In this document: in pieces, positions 60,033 to 64,000 of the stretch | Numbering within the stretch: position 1 is the stretch's first letter | How the letters are laid out: each line of letters opens with the position of its first letter | Source of the DNA: Chiloscyllium plagiosum | Lineage: Eukaryota | NCBI RefSeq assembly: GCF_004010195.1 | Contig: NC_057754.1 | Span: 6,688,127 to 6,752,126 of the forward strand | DNA length: 64,000 nucleotides | Direction: 5' to 3' | Notes under the pieces: model-generated | What the model saw: only the letters and a program-made list of their open reading frames with translations | Database searches by the model: none | What the model was told of the DNA's origin: nothing | Program-made: the position numbers and the translations under genes

Positions 60033-63000
60033 ATTTATTCAGTTGGGTAAGGGTCACTCGCTGTGTAACCGTACAGAGTGAGTGTTTATTAGCAGGGTAA
60101 GGGTCACTCACTACGTAACTGTACAGAGTCAGTGTTTATTCAGCAGGTAAAGGGTCACTCGCTATGTAACTGTACAGAGTCAGTGTTTATTCAGCAGGGT
60201 AAGGCTCACTCGCTGTGTAACTGTACAGAGTCAGTGTTTATTCAGCAGGTAAAGGGTCACTCGCTGTGTAACTGTACAGAGTCAGTGTTTATTCAACAGA
60301 GTAAGGATCACTCACTGTGTAACTGTACAGAGTCAGTGTTTATTCAGCAGGGTAAGGCTCACTCACTGTGTTAAACAGTGCAGAGTGTGTTTTTTCAGCA
60401 GGGTAAGGGTCTCTCTGTGTAACTGTACAGAGTCACTGTTTATTCAGCAGAGTAAGGGTCACTCACTGTGCAACTGTACAGAGTCACTGTTTATTCAGCA
60501 GGGTAAGGGTCACTTACTGTGTACCTGTACAGTGTCAGTGTTTATTCATCAGGGTAAGGGTCACTCACTGTGTTAAACAGTGCAGAGTGTGTTTTGTCAG
60601 CAGGGTAAGGGTCGCTCACTGTGTAACTGTACAGAGTCACTGTTTATTCAGCAGGGTAAGGGTCACTCGCTGTGTAACTGTACAGAGTCAGTGTTTATTC
60701 AGCAGGATAAGGCTCACTCGCTGTGTAACTGTACAGAGTCAGTGTGTATTCAGCAGAGTAAGGATCACTCACTGTGTAACTGTACAGTGTCAGTGTTTAT
60801 TCATCAGGGGAAGGGTCACTCACTGTGTTAAGCAGTGCAGAGTGTGTTTTTTCAGCAGGGTAAGGGTCTCTCACTGTGTAACTGTACAGAGTCACTGTTT
60901 ATTCAGCAGAGTAAGGGTCACTCACTGTGCAACTGTACAGAGTCAGTGTTTATTCAGCAGGGTAAGGGTCACTCACTGTGTTAAACTGTACAGAGTGAGT
61001 GCTTTTTCAGCAGGGTNNNNNNNNNNNNNNNNNNNNNNNNNNNNNNNNNNNNNNNNNNNNNNNNNNNNNNNNNNNNNNNNNNNNNNNNNNNNNNNNNNNN
61101 NNNNNNNNNNNNNNNNNNNNNNNNNNNNNNNNNNNNNNNNNNNNNNNNNNNNNNNNNNNNNNNNNNNNNNNNNNNNNNNNNNNNNNNNNNNNNNNNNNNN
61201 NNNNNNNNNNNNNNNNNNNNNNNNNNNNNNNNNNNNNNNNNNNNNNNNNNNNNNNNNNNNNNNNNNNNNNNNNNNNNNNNNNNNNNNNNNNNNNNNNNNN
61301 NNNNNNNNNNNNNNNNNNNNNNNNNNNNNNNNNNNNNNNNNNNNNNNNNNNNNNNNNNNNNNNNNNNNNNNNNNNNNNNNNNNNNNNNNNNNNNNNNNNN
61401 NNNNNNNNNNNNNNNNNNNNNNNNNNNNNNNNNNNNNNNNNNNNNNNNNNNNNNNNNNNNNNNNNNNNNNNNNNNNNNNNNNNNNNNNNNNNNNNNNNNN
61501 NNNNNNNNNNNNNNNNGCCAAACATTTGTCCTAGCTTAAGCACCCATCCATGTACCTATACAATTGCCACTTAAAGTTTGCCAATGATTCTGACTCTGCC
61601 ACTCCCACGGGCAGCGCATTCCATGCCCCTGCCACTCTCTGGGTAAAGAACCTAGACATCTCCCCTATACCTTCCACCCTTCACCTTAAATTTATGTCCC
61701 CTTGTAACACTCTGTTGTACCCGGGGAAAAAGTTTCTGATTGTCTACTCTATCTATTCCTCTGATCATCTTATAAACCTCTATCAAGTCACCCCTCATCC
61801 TACGCCGTTCCAACGAGAAAAGGCCGAGAACTCTCAACCGATCCTCGTACGACTTCCTCTCCATTCCAGGCAACATCCTGGTAAATCTTCTCTGCACCCT
61901 CTCCAAAGCTTCCACATCCTTCCTAAAGTGAGGCGACCAGAACTGCACACAGTACTCCAAATGCGGCCTAACCAAAGTCCTGTACAGTTGCAACATCACT
62001 TCACAACTCTTGAATTCAATCCCTCTGCTAATGAACGATAATACTCCATAGACCTTCTTACAAACTCTATCCACCTGAGTGGCAACCTTCAAAGATCTAT
62101 GTACATAGACCCCAAGATCCCTCTGTTCCTCCACCTGACTAAGAACACTACCATTAACCCTGTATTCCGCATTCTTATTTGTTCTTCCAAAATGGACAAC
62201 CTCACACTTGGCACCTAATCTAGTCCCATTTGTTAGCAGTTGGCCCATATCCCTCCAAACCCTTCCCATTCATATACCCATCCAAATGCCTTTTAAATGT
62301 TTAATCAAGCAGTGTTTTTCCAGATACTCATAAATCCTATCCCTCAGTACCCTTTCCATTACTTTGCCTACCACTGAAGTAAGACTAACTGGCCTGTAAT
62401 TCCCGGGGTTATCCCTATTCCCTTTTTTGAACAGGGGCACAACATTCGCCACTCTCCAGTTCCCTGGTACCACCCCTGTTGACAGTGAAGTTGACAGAGT
62501 GAGTGTTTATTCAGCTGGTGAAGGGTTACTCACCGTGTAACTGAACAGAGTGAGTGTTTATTCAGCAGGGTAAGGGTCACTCACTGTGTAACTGTACAGA
62601 GTCAGTGCTTATTCAGCAGGGTAAGGGTCACTCACTGTGTAACCGTGCAGAGACAGCGTTTATTCCGCAGAGTAAAGGTCACACACTGTGTAACTGTACA
62701 GAGTCAGTGTTTATTCAGCAGGGGATGGGTGACTCACCGTGTAACCGGACAGAGTGAGTGTTTATTCAGCAAGGCAAGGGTCACTCGCTGTGTAACTGTA
62801 CGGAGTTAGTGTTTATGCAGCAAGGTAAGGGTCTCTCACTGTGTAACTGTACAGAGAAAGCATTTATTCAGCAGGGTAAGGGTCACTCACTGTTTAACCG
62901 TATAGAGTCAGTGTTTATTCAGCAGGGTAAGGGTCACTCAGTGTTAAACTGTACAGAGTGAGTGTTTATTCAGCAGGGTAAGGGTCACTCAGTGTTAAAT

Positions 63001-64000
63001 TGTACAGAGTCAGTGTTTATTCAGCACGGTAAGGGTGACTCAGTGTTAAACTGTACAGAGTCAGTGTTTATTCAGCACGGTAAGGGTCACTCACTGTGTA
63101 ACTGTACAGAGTCACTGTTTATTCAGCAGGGTAAGGGTCACTCGCTGTGTAACCATACAGTGTCAGTGTTTATTCAGCAGATTAAGGGTCACTCACTGTG
63201 TAACCGTATAGAGTCAGTGTTTATTCAGCAGGGTAAGGGTCACTCGCTGTGTAACCGTACAGAGTCAGCGTTTATTCTGTAGGATAAGGGTCACCCACTG
63301 CGTAACTGTACAGAGTCAGTGTTTATTCAGCAGTGTAAGGGTCACCCACTGTGTAACTGTACAGAGTCATTGTTTATTCAGCAGGGTAAGGGTCACTCAC
63401 TGTGTAACTGTACAGAGTCATTGTTTATTCAGCAGGGTAAGTGTCACTCACTGTGTAACTGTACAGAGTCAGTGTTTATTCAGCACGGTAAGGGTCATTC
63501 ACTGTTTATATGTACATAGTCAGCATTTATTCAGCAGTGTAAGGGTCACTCACCGTGTAACCGTACAGAGTCAGTGTTTATTCTGTAGGATAAGGATCAC
63601 CCACTGCCTAACTGTACAGAGTTAGTGTTTATTCAGCAAGGTAAGGCTCACTCACCGTGTAACCGTACAGAGTCAGTGTTTATTCAGCAGGGTAAGGTTC
63701 ACTCACTGCATAACTGTACAGAGTCAGCGTTTATTCAGCAGGGTAAGGGTCACTCACTGTGTAACTGTACAGAGTCAGTGTTTATCAGCAGGGTAAGTGA
63801 CACTTGTTGTGTAACCCTACGGAGTCAGTGTTTATTCAGCAGGGTAAGGTCACTCATTGTGTAACTTTACAGAGTGAGTGTTTTTTCAGCAGAGTAAGGG
63901 TCACTCACTGTGTAAGCGTACAGAGTCAGTGTTTATTCAGCAGGGTAGGGTCACTCCCTGTGTTAAACAGTACAGAGTGTGTTTATTCAGCAGGGTAAGG
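60033..64000 (+). repeat. 51-bp minisatellite (at least 48 visible copies), interrupted by a gap and a CR1
   Basis: Unit GTGTTTATTCAGCAGGGTAAGGGTCACTCACTGTGTAACTGTACAGAGTCA at 60033-61016 and 62493-64000. Confidence 0.95.
61517..62492 (-). mobile_element. Relatively young CR1 ORF2 fragment within the 51-bp satellite
   Basis: About 185 uninterrupted codons KCEVVHFG...RPHLEYCVQFWSP...TRGHKFKV; upstream piece WRVANVVPLFKKG..NYRPVSLTSVVGK. Confidence 0.95.

Noticed and set aside
60132..63998. Cys/His repeat peptides (FIQQGKGHSLCNCTESV) resembling zinc fingers
   Set aside because: No C2H2 spacing; frequent stops and frameshifts; satellite

Overview
Repeat-dominated vertebrate genomic DNA, most likely from a cartilaginous fish (shark). 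This is inferred from HE1/V-SINE-type tRNA-derived SINEs that share a 3' tail with CR1 (HER1-like) LINEs. I cannot identify any host protein-coding gene, rRNA or genuine tRNA. All recognisable ORFs are retroelement fragments (CR1 RT, a second CR1/L2-clade LINE, Rex1/Babar, Penelope GIY-YIG) or read-through of minisatellites whose period is a multiple of 3. There are five N-gaps (9958-10165, 12906-13405, 26138-26712, 40532-41472, 61017-61516). The most notable structure is: (i) several minimal type-I hammerhead ribozyme motifs in Penelope-like terminal repeats, including inverted pairs and a solo copy flanked by a direct repeat; (ii) at least eight minisatellite families, several grown in place out of retroelement pieces (53-bp SINE-internal unit, 63-bp CR1 3' tail, 45/46-bp LINE segment, 33-bp Deu-like segment); (iii) a non-coding module present three times, with E-box+CCAAT kept in two copies; (iv) short unique islands that look like enhancers or isolated exons. 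Repeat boundaries are approximate and were read by eye.
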